Positions 39,066-49,017 of a stretch of 57,753 nt of DNA are shown here, one piece after another. Origin of the DNA: Candidatus Methylomirabilota bacterium (lineage in GTDB: Bacteria; Methylomirabilota; Methylomirabilia; Rokubacteriales; CSP1-6); the NCBI GenBank assembly GCA_046723845.1, contig JBKOVG010000028.1:1-57753 (forward strand), given 5' to 3'. Both the position numbers and the translations under genes were made by a program. The notes beneath the pieces were generated by a model that ran no database searches, was not told the origin of the DNA, and saw nothing but the letters and a program-made list of their open reading frames with translations. How positions within the stretch are numbered: position 1 is the first letter of the stretch; every line of letters begins with the position of its first letter.

Positions 39066-40550
39066 TCAGGAGCCGCCGGCCGCCTGAGCTCCCGCGATCC
39101 GGCCGAACACCGCGCCCGACATCAGCCCCGTGCCACCGGGGTAGTTGCCGTGGAAGAGCCCGCCCACCATCTCACCGCAGGCGTAGAGACCCGGAATGGG
39201 CGTCCAGGACGCGCCGAGGACCTGCGCGCGCTCGTTCACGCGCACGCCGCCGAAGGTGAAAGTGATGCCTCCCGTCGTCGGATAGGCGACGAAGGGCGGC
39301 GTGTCGAGCCGCTGGGCCCAGTTCGACTTCGGCAACGAGAGGCCGTGGGTGGCGAGCCCGTCGCGGATGGTGGGGTCGAAGCGCCCCTCGGCCACGGCGT
39401 GATTGTAGGCCTCGAGGGTGCGCCGGCAGGCCGCGCGGTCGAGCGGGAGCTTGTCCACGAGCGCGTCGAGAGAGTCCGCCGTCTCCGGCGTGCCCGTCTT
39501 GTACCGGCCCTCGAGCAAGTGGAGGACCTTGGCGTCGAAGATCTGCCAGCCGATCCCCCTGGGCTCGTTGAGGGTGATGCCGCCCAGCTTGGCGTAAGTA
39601 TAGAACTGGAAGTCCTCGCCCTCGTCGAAGAAACGCGCGCCGCGGGCGTTGACGAGCACGCCGTACGGGTAGGAGAGGCGGTTCGTCTTGTCGGTGAGCT
39701 TGCGGTCGCCGTGCGGCGGCGCACTGGCGTCGATGGGTGTCGAGTGGCAGCCGGTCCACTGTCCGTGGGGTAGCGCGCCGAGCTCCATGGCCATGCGAAG
39801 CCCATCGCCCGTGTTGTACCGAGTCCCCCGCACCTTCGCGGAGTCCCAGGGTCGGCCGAGGTAGCGCGCGCGCCATTCGGGATTGGCCTCGAAGCCGCCG
39901 CAGCCCAGGATCACCGCCTTTGCAGAGAGCTCCTCGAAGCCTTCGGCCCCGCGCACGAGGACGCCGGCCACTCTGGCTCGCTTGTCCTGGGAGAGGCGCA
40001 CCGCCGAGGTGTCGTATCGGATCTCGACGCCCCGGCGCTCGGCCGTCTTGAACCACATGGCGGAGAGTCCCACGCCCTCGTGCCGGGCGCGGACGACCGC
40101 CCCCGGGGACCACTTGATGGTGTCCCCCACCTTGACGGCGGACAGGGACACCGCGGGCTCCATCTCGATGCCCTGCCTGGCCATCCAGCACGCGGTGTCA
40201 TATGACCGGCCGATCAAGAGCTCGGCCAGCTCGGGATCGGTGCGGCCGTCGGTGACGCGCAGGAGATCGGCCATGAAAAGCTTGTGGGGATAGGGCTCGA
40301 CCCCCGCGAAGAAGCCGGGCACCTCCTTCTCGGCGTGGGGGACGAGGACGCGCAGGTCCTCCGCGCGGTCGAAGGCGATACGAAGGAGGCCGCCGCTGTA
40401 GTGGGTGTTGCCGCCCCGCAGGGTGCGCGGAGCCTTCTCGAGGGCCAGCACCCGCCCGGCGCCCTGCTCGCGGGCGGAGACGGCGGCGGCCAGAGCCGCG
40501 TTGCCGGCCCCCACCACGATCACGTCCCAGTCGCTCACGGCAGGGAGCAT
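39066..40550 (-). CDS. tcuA: FAD-dependent tricarballylate dehydrogenase TcuA family
   Basis: DVIVVGAGNAA, GGFEAN, RGTRYNTGDG, GITFTFGG, GLYACGE..GG.F..NYPGGTGL. Confidence 0.88.
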   Translation of the reverse strand: MLPAVSDWDVIVVGAGNAALAAAVSAREQGAGRVLALEKAPRTLRGGNTHYSGGLLRIAFDRAEDLRVLVPHAEKEVPGFFAGVEPYPHKLFMADLLRVTDGRTDPELAELLIGRSYDTACWMARQGIEMEPAVSLSAVKVGDTIKWSPGAVVRARHEGVGLSAMWFKTAERRGVEIRYDTSAVRLSQDKRARVAGVLVRGAEGFEELSAKAVILGCGGFEANPEWRARYLGRPWDSAKVRGTRYNTGDGLRMAMELGALPHGQWTGCHSTPIDASAPPHGDRKLTDKTNRLSYPYGVLVNARGARFFDEGEDFQFYTYAKLGGITLNEPRGIGWQIFDAKVLHLLEGRYKTGTPETADSLDALVDKLPLDRAACRRTLEAYNHAVAEGRFDPTIRDGLATHGLSLPKSNWAQRLDTPPFVAYPTTGGITFTFGGVRVNERAQVLGASWTPIPGLYACGEMVGGLFHGNYPGGTGLMSGAVFGRIAGAQAAGGS

Positions 40551-40748
40551 ACACGAAGGCGCGCCGGCCCGTGCCCCGCCGGAATCCAAGAGCACGGAAG
40601 GCCCGGATTCGGATTGACCTCGTCAGGGAGCGCGATCAGCGGGGGTCCCGACGGCGCGCGGCGGCGGAGTCGCAGCGCGAGGGGAATCGACAAAGGTGGC
40701 TCGATGCTGGGCGGGGCGCCGGTGGATGTCACCGGACCGGCGCGGGGG

Positions 40749-40940
40749 CTAGTCGACCTGCGCGTGCACCTCTCGCACCGCCGTCATCACCTGGATGCGC
40801 AGCTCGGGGGTGGGATTCGTCACGCGATGGATCTCGCGAACGTGCGACATGAAGAGCGCGATGATCGTGCGAATGTCCTCGCCGTGCTCCACGTGGGCGC
40901 ATCCCTTGAAGATGTCGGCGCATCGGAGTTCTCTCGACAT
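40749..40940 (-). CDS. DUF1059-like small metal-binding protein
   Basis: C.D...GC...G...H...H pattern, 63 aa. Confidence 0.7.
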   Translation of the reverse strand: MSRELRCADIFKGCAHVEHGEDIRTIIALFMSHVREIHRVTNPTPELRIQVMTAVREVHAQVD

Positions 40941-41081
40941 ACTGACGTACTGGACAGCAAGAGGCGAGCCACCACGAGTTGACGCAGGAATTCAGTGAGT
41001 TGCGCCTTCTGGCGCGCGGCGGCGTCACAAAATCTGTCCAGCGACCGCCGTGGATTGTCGGGTGGAGGAGCCGTGGAGCGT

Positions 41082-41744
41082 CTAGGGGTGGTCGGTCTGC
41101 ACGACCCGATTGCCGCCCGAACGCACCGCCTCCTGGAGCCGGGCGCGGGCGCGCGAGAGAAGCGAGATCTCGCTGTGCCCGTCGCTGGGGAAGGAAACCT
41201 CGCCTACGCTGAGCGTGATGGGGCGCCCGGGTCCGGCCGGCTCGCCGGGGAATCGCACGTTGGCGATCTCCGCGCGGAGACGCTCGGTCACCCGCAACGC
41301 GTCACTCGTTCCCGTCTGCAGCAGGAGCACGCCGATGCCATCGCCGAGGCGTCCTACCACGTCCGACGAGCGCACGAACTCCACGATCTTGCTGGCCACT
41401 CTCTGTCCCATCTCGGCTGTCTGGTCCTTCGGGCCGATCTGGTCGGGCTGGAGCACGCAGAGCACGAAGAAGTCCCGATAGCGGGTGGCCCGGTTGGCCT
41501 CGAGCGAGAGAAGGCGCCGGAAGGTTTCCTCGTCCAGGACCTCTCCCGGCATGATTCCCCGCTTGGGCTCGGGCGGCTGGGCGCTCACGACCCGCTCTCC
41601 AGGCTTGGGCGAGGGCGCCAGGGCGCCGGCGGGGCGACGCCGACCGGAACGTCGCGTCCCACCGTTCGGGTCCGCCAACACCATGAAGGGATCGCTATCG
41701 GGACGTGCAGAGGGCATGGTCTCACCTCGTTCCCCGGCCGGCAA
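41082..41744 (-). CDS. Degenerate GGDEF-domain protein
   Basis: E..RA.RY...F, VRSSDVVGRLGDGIGVLL, ERLR, TLSVG..SFP.DG, GGNRV; no GG(D/E)EF. Confidence 0.8.
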   Translation of the reverse strand: MPAGERGETMPSARPDSDPFMVLADPNGGTRRSGRRRPAGALAPSPKPGERVVSAQPPEPKRGIMPGEVLDEETFRRLLSLEANRATRYRDFFVLCVLQPDQIGPKDQTAEMGQRVASKIVEFVRSSDVVGRLGDGIGVLLLQTGTSDALRVTERLRAEIANVRFPGEPAGPGRPITLSVGEVSFPSDGHSEISLLSRARARLQEAVRSGGNRVVQTDHP

Positions 41745-42019
41745 AGGACCGGAACGTGCCCGGGGGAGCGGGCGTGCCTGCCACGCGAAGTGTAGGTCTC
41801 ATCGAGCGAATCCCATCGTCGGTCCGGCGAGACGACTTTCCCCTCCCACACGCGCTCCTGCCTCATGCGTGGGTGTACCCAGCACTGTCCTCGAGTTGCC
41901 TCGCACGTCGCCCACCGACGATCACCGACCCGGCCTCCCGAAAGACACCACAGCGCCAGGAAACGGCCCCGGCGCTCGTGGAAGAGTTGGCTGTGAAGTC
42001 TCGGCTATTCCATCTCCCC

Positions 42020-42218
42020 TCAGTCTGGGCGCGAGCCCGTTCCCTGTATTCGGCTGATGCTTCCGCCAGCCTGACGTCCACGCCTCCACATCGCGAGCCG
42101 TCCGAGCCCGAGTCCGAGCAGCGTGAGGGTGAAACGGGGCGGGCGCCGCCGAGCCGATCGAAGGAAGGAACAGGAAAAGCAGCAGCGAGCTTGCCGCGAT
42201 GATCCGAAGCCGAGCCAT
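42020..42218 (-). pseudogene. Remnant PEP-CTERM-like gene (signal peptide joined to sorting tail, frameshifted)
   Basis: MARLRIIAASSLLLFLFLPSIGSA, then after removing one T near 42133, APAPFTLTLLGLGLGRLAMWRRGR. Confidence 0.45.
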
Positions 42219-42277
42219 TACAATCCTGTCCCCTTCACGTCCATACCGGTCCGCATAAGTCAACCGAATTGCCCGGG

Positions 42278-42360
42278 TGCAAGAATGTCGCCGGGGCGCC
42301 TTCTCCCAATCTTCAAGGACTTACCAGCCAGACTACGCCACCTTGTAAGCCAAACTGACA
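42278..42360 (-). promoter_or_regulatory. Candidate sigma54 promoter plus activator site
   Basis: Minus strand CGGCGACATTCTTGCA (42293-42278) and TGTCAGTTTGGCTTACA (42360-42344). Confidence 0.45.
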
Positions 42361-42374
42361 GGATCGACCGAGCC

Positions 42375-43955
42375 TCAGCTGCCGGGCTTCCTCCGCACGC
42401 CGTAGAGCACCTTGTTGTCGCGGTAGCCGACCACCCAGATCTTCGAGAGGCCCGTGCCCGGACCTTCGGAGTCGATCAGGTTTTTCACGAAGGGAGAGCC
42501 CGCCGGCACCAGGAACCAGTCGAAGTTGTGCCGCCGGAAGGCGTCCATGTCGTTGTCGACGTAGATCGCCCGATAGTCGGCCATCGGCTGATAGTCGCGC
42601 CGCTCCCAGAGGTGCATGCGCCCGTCGATGAAGAGCTTGGTCTGGATGCCCCGACCGATCAGGAAGCCGCCCCAGTCATAGAAGTTGAACCCCTTCCCGA
42701 CCGGGGGGTTCTTGAGGAGGAACTGGGCCATCCCATCGGAGCAGGATGGACCATAGACGCAGTAGGTGACCATGGAGCTGTGGGCGAAATCCGTCAGTTC
42801 GACCCGCCTGGCCCATACGGACCAGCCGATCACCGCCACCACCACGGTGGCGGCCGCGGCCGTGCGGGCGAACCCCTCGATCCGGAGGCGCACCTCCCGG
42901 ATGGCCAGGGCGGCGTAGGGGAGGGTGAGGACCACGAAGACCGCCACGTGCCGGCGGGAGCTCACACCCATGTAGAAGGTGCCCGCGGCGATGACCAGCT
43001 GGGGCACGTCGTCGAGGCGCCGGCGGGCCACGCCACCATAGGCGACCACGAGGGTGTAGGCGAGGAAGATCATGCCGAGGAGCTCGGAGAAATTGGGCGG
43101 CAGCCACTCGACGACGTACGTCAGGTGCGGATTGGAGAAGTGCCGCCGCGCCTCCAGGTACACGCCGTACGTGAACGGATTGATCAGAGTGGCCGCGAAG
43201 GAGGCGGTGAGCGAGCCGGCGAAGTAGAACCAGCGGCGCGGGAGCGGCGCACCCCGGAGCCCGGCACTGATCACCTCCCAGCCGAGGAAGACTCCGACGA
43301 CGACGAGCCCGAGCAGGAACGAGCCGTGCAGGTTCGCCCAGAGGCAGAAAAGCACGGGCAGCACCAGGTAGGGCCAGTTGCGGCGGTCCCGCTGACGGAC
43401 GAGGAGGTCGCCCAGGATGGCGAGCAGGAGCAGCCCCACGACCTGCGTGCGGATGCCCTGGAGCATGATGTCCTTGGTCAGCATCCCGAAGAACACGGCG
43501 AGGACGGCCGTCTGCCAGAACGCGAGACGTGTCCGGTAGATGCAGAGGTGGAAGGTGACCAGGCCGATGAGGGCTCCCGCTACCGAGAGGCCGATGAAAC
43601 CGGTCTTCGTGTAGAGCACGTAGAGCACGAGGTCGTAGAGCCAGGAGTGATTGACCCACTCGTAGCCTGGCATGGTCCACGAGAAGATGTCGTGGCGAAG
43701 TACCTGATGGTGAGTGAAGAAGTACTCGCCGTAGCGGTAGTGCCAGCCCCAGTCGAAGTCCGAGTAGGGATAGATGAAGAACACGAAGAGCGCGGCGTAG
43801 ATGAGGGCGGTGAGCCCTCGGTCGAGGAGGGTTGTCGTCCGGGTAGTGGCGGCCGACGACGTGCCACGGCTGCGCGCGCTCACCCGGCTCGCCTTGGCCG
43901 GCGAGGACGCGGACTCCAGCACCTGACGGGCCGCGGGTCTCGACGCCACGTTCAC
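42375..43955 (-). CDS. Polytopic membrane protein, putative GT-C glycosyltransferase
   Basis: DFDWGWH..G, NHSW, WANLHGSF, NPF, EW, FIDGR; paralog of 20873..22507. Confidence 0.72.
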   Translation of the reverse strand: MNVASRPAARQVLESASSPAKASRVSARSRGTSSAATTRTTTLLDRGLTALIYAALFVFFIYPYSDFDWGWHYRYGEYFFTHHQVLRHDIFSWTMPGYEWVNHSWLYDLVLYVLYTKTGFIGLSVAGALIGLVTFHLCIYRTRLAFWQTAVLAVFFGMLTKDIMLQGIRTQVVGLLLLAILGDLLVRQRDRRNWPYLVLPVLFCLWANLHGSFLLGLVVVGVFLGWEVISAGLRGAPLPRRWFYFAGSLTASFAATLINPFTYGVYLEARRHFSNPHLTYVVEWLPPNFSELLGMIFLAYTLVVAYGGVARRRLDDVPQLVIAAGTFYMGVSSRRHVAVFVVLTLPYAALAIREVRLRIEGFARTAAAATVVVAVIGWSVWARRVELTDFAHSSMVTYCVYGPSCSDGMAQFLLKNPPVGKGFNFYDWGGFLIGRGIQTKLFIDGRMHLWERRDYQPMADYRAIYVDNDMDAFRRHNFDWFLVPAGSPFVKNLIDSEGPGTGLSKIWVVGYRDNKVLYGVRRKPGS

Positions 43956-45496
43956 GCTCTACGGAACTTGAAGTTGAAGCGCCGGATCTCGAACTGCTGG
44001 TTGGGGTTCGGCGTCCACTCCACGAATTTCTGGAGCCCGTAGTCCTCGTAGGGCTGGATCACGGGCAGCCACGGAAAGTTCTCGAGGAAGATCCGCGTCA
44101 TCTGGGCGTAGGCCTCCCCGCGGAACTTCTCGTCGACGGAGAAACGGGCCGCGTTGCCCAGCTCATCGAACTTGGCGTCACGCCAATAGTCCTGCGGCCC
44201 GCCCGGACCGAGCAGGCGCCACATCATGCCGTCGGGGTCGCCAAGGGTCGAGGTGGGGTCGGACCAGAACACGCCCTTGAAGCTCTTCTCGCGGTTCTTC
44301 TGGGCGCGCACGGAGAACTCGATCACTTCCACCTTCACGTTGACGCCCACGTCCTTCCACATGGCCGCGATGGCCTCGGCCATCGGCTTGTCCTGGGCCA
44401 CGTAGGCCACGGTCGTCTCGATGAAGACCTCCTCGCCCTTGTAGCCCGCCTTCTTCAGCCGCTCCTTGGCCTCGGCCGGATTGTAGACGAGAGCGGGCAG
44501 GCGCTGGTCGTAGTGGTTGTCCCCCTTGGCGATGGGCCCGTTGGGCACGATGCCACGGCCCTTCCACAGCTCCTTGACGATCAGCTCGCGGTCGATGGCC
44601 AGCGACAGGGCCTGCTTCACGAGCGGATTGTCCAGCGGCGGCCGCTTGCTGTTGACGCACAGCACGTAGAGGCCCGCGTAGAGCGCGCCGGCCACCTTGG
44701 TGGAGGCGTTGCCGGTGATGCGGCTCGACTGGTCGGGGGGGAGCTGCGTGATCATGTCCGTCTCGCCCTTGAGGAGGGCGGCGATGCGGGGCGCCGTCTC
44801 GGGGATGGAGCGGACGATCATCTTGTCGAAGTCAGGTTTGCCGCCCCAGTACTCGGCGTTGGCCTCGACCGTGAGCTTGTCGTCCTTCACCCAGGAGACG
44901 AAGCGGATCGGCCCCGTGCCCACCGGCTTGGCGTTGAAGCCGTCATTGCCCACGGACTCCAGATACTTCTTCGGCACGATCTGGCCGCCGTAGAAGGCGA
45001 GGCGCGCGGCCAGGAGGGGATCGGGCTTCTTGGTGTGGATGATCAGGCTGTAGGGATCGGGCGCCTCGATCTTGTCGATGGTGGTGAAGACGGTGGCCAC
45101 CATCGTCTTGGCGTTGGGGTCGTAGGTCCGCTCGAGGCTGAACTTGGCGTCCGCCGAGGTGAACGGATCCCCGTGGTGGAACTTGACCCCCTGACGGAGC
45201 TTGAAGGTCCACGTGGTCTGGCTCTGGAGCTTCACCTCCGAAGCGAGACCCGGATAGAGCATGCCGTCCGCGTGGCGCGCCGTGAGGTTGTCGAAGATGT
45301 TGAAGCTCCAGCGGATGTCGTTGGACGACGTGCTGAAGTGCGGGTCGAACTTGGAGATGTCCCCGCCCTGGGCCACGATGAGCTCTCGCTTCTGGGTGGT
45401 CTGGGCCTGAGCCGCATGCGGCGCGACCTGTGGCAACGAGCCGGCGACGCCTAACGCCGCCGCTCCCTTCAGCAGCCCTCTTCGGCTGATTTTCAT
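43952..45496 (-). CDS. ABC transporter substrate-binding protein family 5, Tat-exported
   Basis: SRRGLLK Tat motif, WTFKLRQGVKFH.G.PFT..D, PVGTGP, ALSLAIDR. Confidence 0.93.
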   Translation of the reverse strand: MKISRRGLLKGAAALGVAGSLPQVAPHAAQAQTTQKRELIVAQGGDISKFDPHFSTSSNDIRWSFNIFDNLTARHADGMLYPGLASEVKLQSQTTWTFKLRQGVKFHHGDPFTSADAKFSLERTYDPNAKTMVATVFTTIDKIEAPDPYSLIIHTKKPDPLLAARLAFYGGQIVPKKYLESVGNDGFNAKPVGTGPIRFVSWVKDDKLTVEANAEYWGGKPDFDKMIVRSIPETAPRIAALLKGETDMITQLPPDQSSRITGNASTKVAGALYAGLYVLCVNSKRPPLDNPLVKQALSLAIDRELIVKELWKGRGIVPNGPIAKGDNHYDQRLPALVYNPAEAKERLKKAGYKGEEVFIETTVAYVAQDKPMAEAIAAMWKDVGVNVKVEVIEFSVRAQKNREKSFKGVFWSDPTSTLGDPDGMMWRLLGPGGPQDYWRDAKFDELGNAARFSVDEKFRGEAYAQMTRIFLENFPWLPVIQPYEDYGLQKFVEWTPNPNQQFEIRRFNFKFRRA

Positions 45497-45527
45497 GAGT
45501 TGTACCTCCCCGAAGATCCTATCTCAT

Positions 45528-45563
45528 AAAAAACAAACGGGGCGACCGTTTGGCCGCCCCCGT
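45528..45563 (-). terminator. Intrinsic terminator of the PEP-CTERM gene
   Basis: AACGGGGCG/CGCCCCGTT hairpin followed on the minus strand by a T tract. Confidence 0.75.
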
Positions 45564-45582
45564 TGAATGTTCAGTGCTGGCC

Positions 45583-46350
45583 CTACTTCGTGGGCCGGCG
45601 GGTCCTCCAGCCGAGCCCCGAGAGAGCCACGACTCCCGCCCCGAGCAGAAGGAGACTCGACGGCTCGGGGACGTGCCGATTGGGCAGGCAGCTCAGAATG
45701 CACGTTCCGGTGACGTTGTCACCTTCTTCGGTCCCGAAGGAAAAGAAAGCGGAGTCGACGTAGATGTCCGACGAGAGACCCGCGATCTGAATGGTAAACG
45801 TCGTGGGTCCAAAGAGGTACGGACTGTGCGAACCGTTGGTGATCGAGGGGTTGCCCGTGTAGTGGAACCCGTCATTCGACGGGCCGCCGATGATAGTGTG
45901 CGCCGGCGAATCGCCGCCCGGGCAGAGATCACAAAGCCTGTAGCTCCCCTTGCCACTGTTGATCTCGAGATTCCATAGGGCCAGAACGGGGGCACCAGGA
46001 ATATTGAAGGTGCCATCGCTGGCGATGGTCCGTTCAATCCCCTGGCTCGAGGAGATCGACCCTCCACTGACGAAAAACGGCTGGCCCGTCGTGTTGTTCG
46101 CCAGCGTGAACCCGAAATCGCTCAAGAGCTGGCCAGCCGCGTGGGGATTGTCGAGGAGATTGGTCAGGGTGATCGTCAGCACGCCCGCGGTTGTCGATAC
46201 GTCAGCCCTCGCTGAAACTGGGTCCCCATCTTTGTCTGTGGCCCCGGAAGGGGTTTGGTAGGAGAGGATCAGCGCATCGGCGGCGGGAGCGAAGAGCAAG
46301 AGGACCGACAACGCCAGCAGCGCGATTCGCGCATCTCGCCACATTCTCAT
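45583..46350 (-). CDS. PEP-CTERM sorting-domain protein
   Basis: Signal peptide (ADA|L); C-terminal VPEPSSLLLLGAGVVALSGLGWRTRR. Confidence 0.92.
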   Translation of the reverse strand: MRMWRDARIALLALSVLLLFAPAADALILSYQTPSGATDKDGDPVSARADVSTTAGVLTITLTNLLDNPHAAGQLLSDFGFTLANNTTGQPFFVSGGSISSSQGIERTIASDGTFNIPGAPVLALWNLEINSGKGSYRLCDLCPGGDSPAHTIIGGPSNDGFHYTGNPSITNGSHSPYLFGPTTFTIQIAGLSSDIYVDSAFFSFGTEEGDNVTGTCILSCLPNRHVPEPSSLLLLGAGVVALSGLGWRTRRPTK

Positions 46351-46423
46351 CGACCCCGCACCTCCGGCGTGATCACCAGTTCTTACAAGCGACCCGAAAA
46401 ACGCCAGGCCAGCCGGCCATAGA

Positions 46424-46438
46424 GCAAAGGTGAGGCCA
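46424..46438 (-). promoter_or_regulatory. sigma54 promoter for the PEP-CTERM gene
   Basis: Minus strand TGGCCTCACCTTTGC (GG-N10-GC). Confidence 0.55.
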
Positions 46439-46570
46439 AAATTCCAGACGCAAGCGAGAATGCCAGGTTACAGAAGATCACTTGGGCGCCATAACAGCGA
46501 TCCGTCAAGTGCTTCGACAGGCGCCTCGGAAATTCGAGGTGTGGCCGCCCTCCGGCGAGATCGGCTCGCG

Positions 46571-47137
46571 TTACGGAGCCTTCCAGACCAATCTTCCGGA
46601 GGCGTCCAGGATCGTTGCCTGCGAGGCTCCGTCGTCCGAATCTGCACCAAACCTGGCCCTGGTTTGGCCGTTTCTGTCGTAAAGAGCGAAGCCGCCCGGG
46701 CCTTGGTTCAGAACCTCGAAGACTACCCGAGGCGCCTTTGGCGGACCGGTGGCGTCGACGGGGGACAGGTACAGACCGACCGTCTCTGGGTTCAGGAGCA
46801 GGAGCCCCTTGATCTTCCCGGCGGCATCCGAAATCGCGAGATGCGCCCCCTGGCCGCGCCCACCCGACGCAACGAGACTGACGCGACCGCCGTCATGAAA
46901 GAGGCTCAGGCTCGCGGCGGCTGGGGAGGTGCCCAGGCGAGCGCGCACCGCGCCCCCGGCGTCCTTGACCACGAACTCCTGGGCTTCCACGGTCTGCAGT
47001 TGCGGCCTGGCCTGTCCCATCACGCCAATTGCGGCGAGGCTCACGAGCAGTACGAGGCCGCCCAGCTTGAGCCGGCGATTGCTCCGCTCGAGCTTCTCGA
47101 GACGCTCGAGCAGGATCGGGATCATCGGTGTGTCCAT
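46571..47137 (-). CDS. Membrane-anchored beta-repeat hypothetical protein
   Basis: AAGGAGG RBS; RLEKLERSNRRLK then TM helix, then repeats such as VKDAGGAVRARL / LYDRNGQTRARF / ILDASGRL. Confidence 0.75.
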   Translation of the reverse strand: MDTPMIPILLERLEKLERSNRRLKLGGLVLLVSLAAIGVMGQARPQLQTVEAQEFVVKDAGGAVRARLGTSPAAASLSLFHDGGRVSLVASGGRGQGAHLAISDAAGKIKGLLLLNPETVGLYLSPVDATGPPKAPRVVFEVLNQGPGGFALYDRNGQTRARFGADSDDGASQATILDASGRLVWKAP

Positions 47138-47233
47138 CAGAATTTCCTCCTTACTCGGCATGCGAACAGTCGGTGCCGCCGCGAAGCTCCCGCGGCGGAA
47201 GCGCACGGAGGCTAGCACCCGGCCTCCGGGGGG

Positions 47234-47767
47234 TCAAGGATGGGCGGCGGTGAACACCCAGGTGCGATACAGCACGAAGTTCCACGCCATGCTGGCCATC
47301 GTGGCGAGGCCGAAGGCCGCTGTCTTGATGGCCGCGGGCTCCGTCACCACGCCGGGCGCGACGGCGGGGATGCCCAGACGGGACAGCACGGCGAACGCAC
47401 CAAGCCCTGGGGCGGGCCAGACGCTCGAGAAGAACTGCGTCAGGCCAAGCTGGATGCCCCACGACGCCGAGACGGTGGTGATAAGGAAGCGGGCAACCTG
47501 GCCGGTCGGCCGAGCCTGTCGCGAGGCGAACACCCAGCCGCGATTGAGGAGGAAGCTCACGGTCATGGCGAGCCCGCCCGACACGAGCTTGGCGACCCAG
47601 ACGCGCTCCAGCGGCACCGAGAAGATCTTCGTGAGGAGCATGAAGACCACGTAGTCGGTGAGCGTGTTGACCACCCCGCTGGCGGCGAAGCGGCGGAGCT
47701 GCGAGCGAAGGCGTTGGGCCAGCGGCTACGACCGGGAGGACTCGGGAGTGGTTACCGGAAAGGACAT
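47234..47767 (-). CDS. GtrA-family flippase; an in-frame TAG at 47726-47728 interrupts the likely N-terminus
   Basis: QLRRFAASGVVNTLTDY...SFLLNRGWVF...WNFVLYRTWVF. The track ORF starts at 47674; upstream ATG 47767 is in frame but followed by a TAG. Confidence 0.75.
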
Positions 47768-47858
47768 GGCCTCTGATACCGTGGAGATCAAAGGCTGTCA
47801 AGTCGCCGACTGGCGTATTCGCGACGCGCAAAACTCGTGGCTCAGCCAATGGGCGCAA

Positions 47859-47887
47859 TTGACACGTGATGGTGGCTGTGTCATGAT
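47859..47887 (+). promoter_or_regulatory. sigma70 promoter for the TAXI gene
   Basis: TTGACA-17 bp-CATGAT with an extended TG. Confidence 0.55.
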
Positions 47888-47947
47888 CCAGCCCTTTCAA
47901 AAATGGTCTATACGAGGCCACTGGTCTCGACAGAGGAGGATAAAGCC

Positions 47948-48958
47948 GTGAAGAGGATCAGCAGGTGTGCACTGACGCTGTTGCTGTTGCTGGCCTGGAC
48001 GGGAGTCGGCTCCGCCGCCGACCCCAAGGCCGACAACAAGATGGGCATCATCACCGGCGGGGAGAAGGGGACGTACTACCAGTTCGGTCTCGACTTGCAG
48101 AAGCTCATGCGACTGTCCGAGATCACCCTGAACGTGTACAACTCCAAGGGCTCCATCGAAAACGTCTTCGCCGTCTACCAGCGTCCCGGCGTGCAGCTCG
48201 GCATCGTGCAGTCCGACGTGCTCGCCTTCATCTCGCGGCTACAGACGGATCAGAACCTGGTCAAGATCGCCAAGAAGACGCGCATGGTCTTCCCGCTCTA
48301 CAACGAGGAGATCCACCTTCTCGGCCGGCGCGGGCTCGCGGACTTCGAAGATCTCAACGGCAAGCGAGTGGCGGTGGGACGCGACGGCAGCGGCACCTAC
48401 CTCACCGCCCGCGTGCTCCTGCAGCTCTCCGACGTGAAGCCGAGCGCCATGGTGCCCATCGACACCGACGAGGCCCTCGCCGAGCTCAAGGCCGGGCGTA
48501 TCGACGCCATGTTCTATGTGGCGGGCTATCCCGTGAAGCTGTTCAAGGAAGGCGTCACCGAGGCCGACCAACTCGCCCTCGTGCCCATCACGAGCAAGAG
48601 CATCCTCGAGCTCTATCCCGCGGCGGAGATCCCACCGAACACGTATCCCTGGCAGCCCGCCAAGGTCAACACGGTGGCGGCCAAGGCCGTGCTCATCTCG
48701 TTCGACTATCGCTTCCGGGACTGTGACAACGTGGGTCGCTTCGCTCAGATCATGGCGCGCCGGATGGACTGGCTCGTGCAGAACGGCCATCCGAAGTGGA
48801 AGCAGGTCGACCTGAACTACCAGCTCAAGGGTTGGGAGCAGTACAGCTGCGTCAAGAAGTACCTCGGGCTGCCCACCACGACCACGCAGGCTCCCGCGCC
48901 GGCCGACGACAATCCGGTGATGCGGGCCATTCGCGCCATCCTCGACCAGAACCAGTAG
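47948..48958 (+). CDS. TAXI-family TRAP solute-binding protein
   Basis: TGGEKGTYY, GSIEN, LGIVQSD, PLYNEEIHL, G..GSGT; GGAGG RBS. Confidence 0.9.
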   Translation: MKRISRCALTLLLLLAWTGVGSAADPKADNKMGIITGGEKGTYYQFGLDLQKLMRLSEITLNVYNSKGSIENVFAVYQRPGVQLGIVQSDVLAFISRLQTDQNLVKIAKKTRMVFPLYNEEIHLLGRRGLADFEDLNGKRVAVGRDGSGTYLTARVLLQLSDVKPSAMVPIDTDEALAELKAGRIDAMFYVAGYPVKLFKEGVTEADQLALVPITSKSILELYPAAEIPPNTYPWQPAKVNTVAAKAVLISFDYRFRDCDNVGRFAQIMARRMDWLVQNGHPKWKQVDLNYQLKGWEQYSCVKKYLGLPTTTTQAPAPADDNPVMRAIRAILDQNQ

Positions 48959-49017
48959 CGCCTGAGGGCGCCCGCGAGCCGCCGACCGGACGGCCGCGGG
49001 CGCCCACCTCGACCCGC

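Noticed and set aside
47726-47728. Pyrrolysine or stop-codon recoding
   Set aside because: TAG is a normal stop in many genes here, and no pyl genes are visible.
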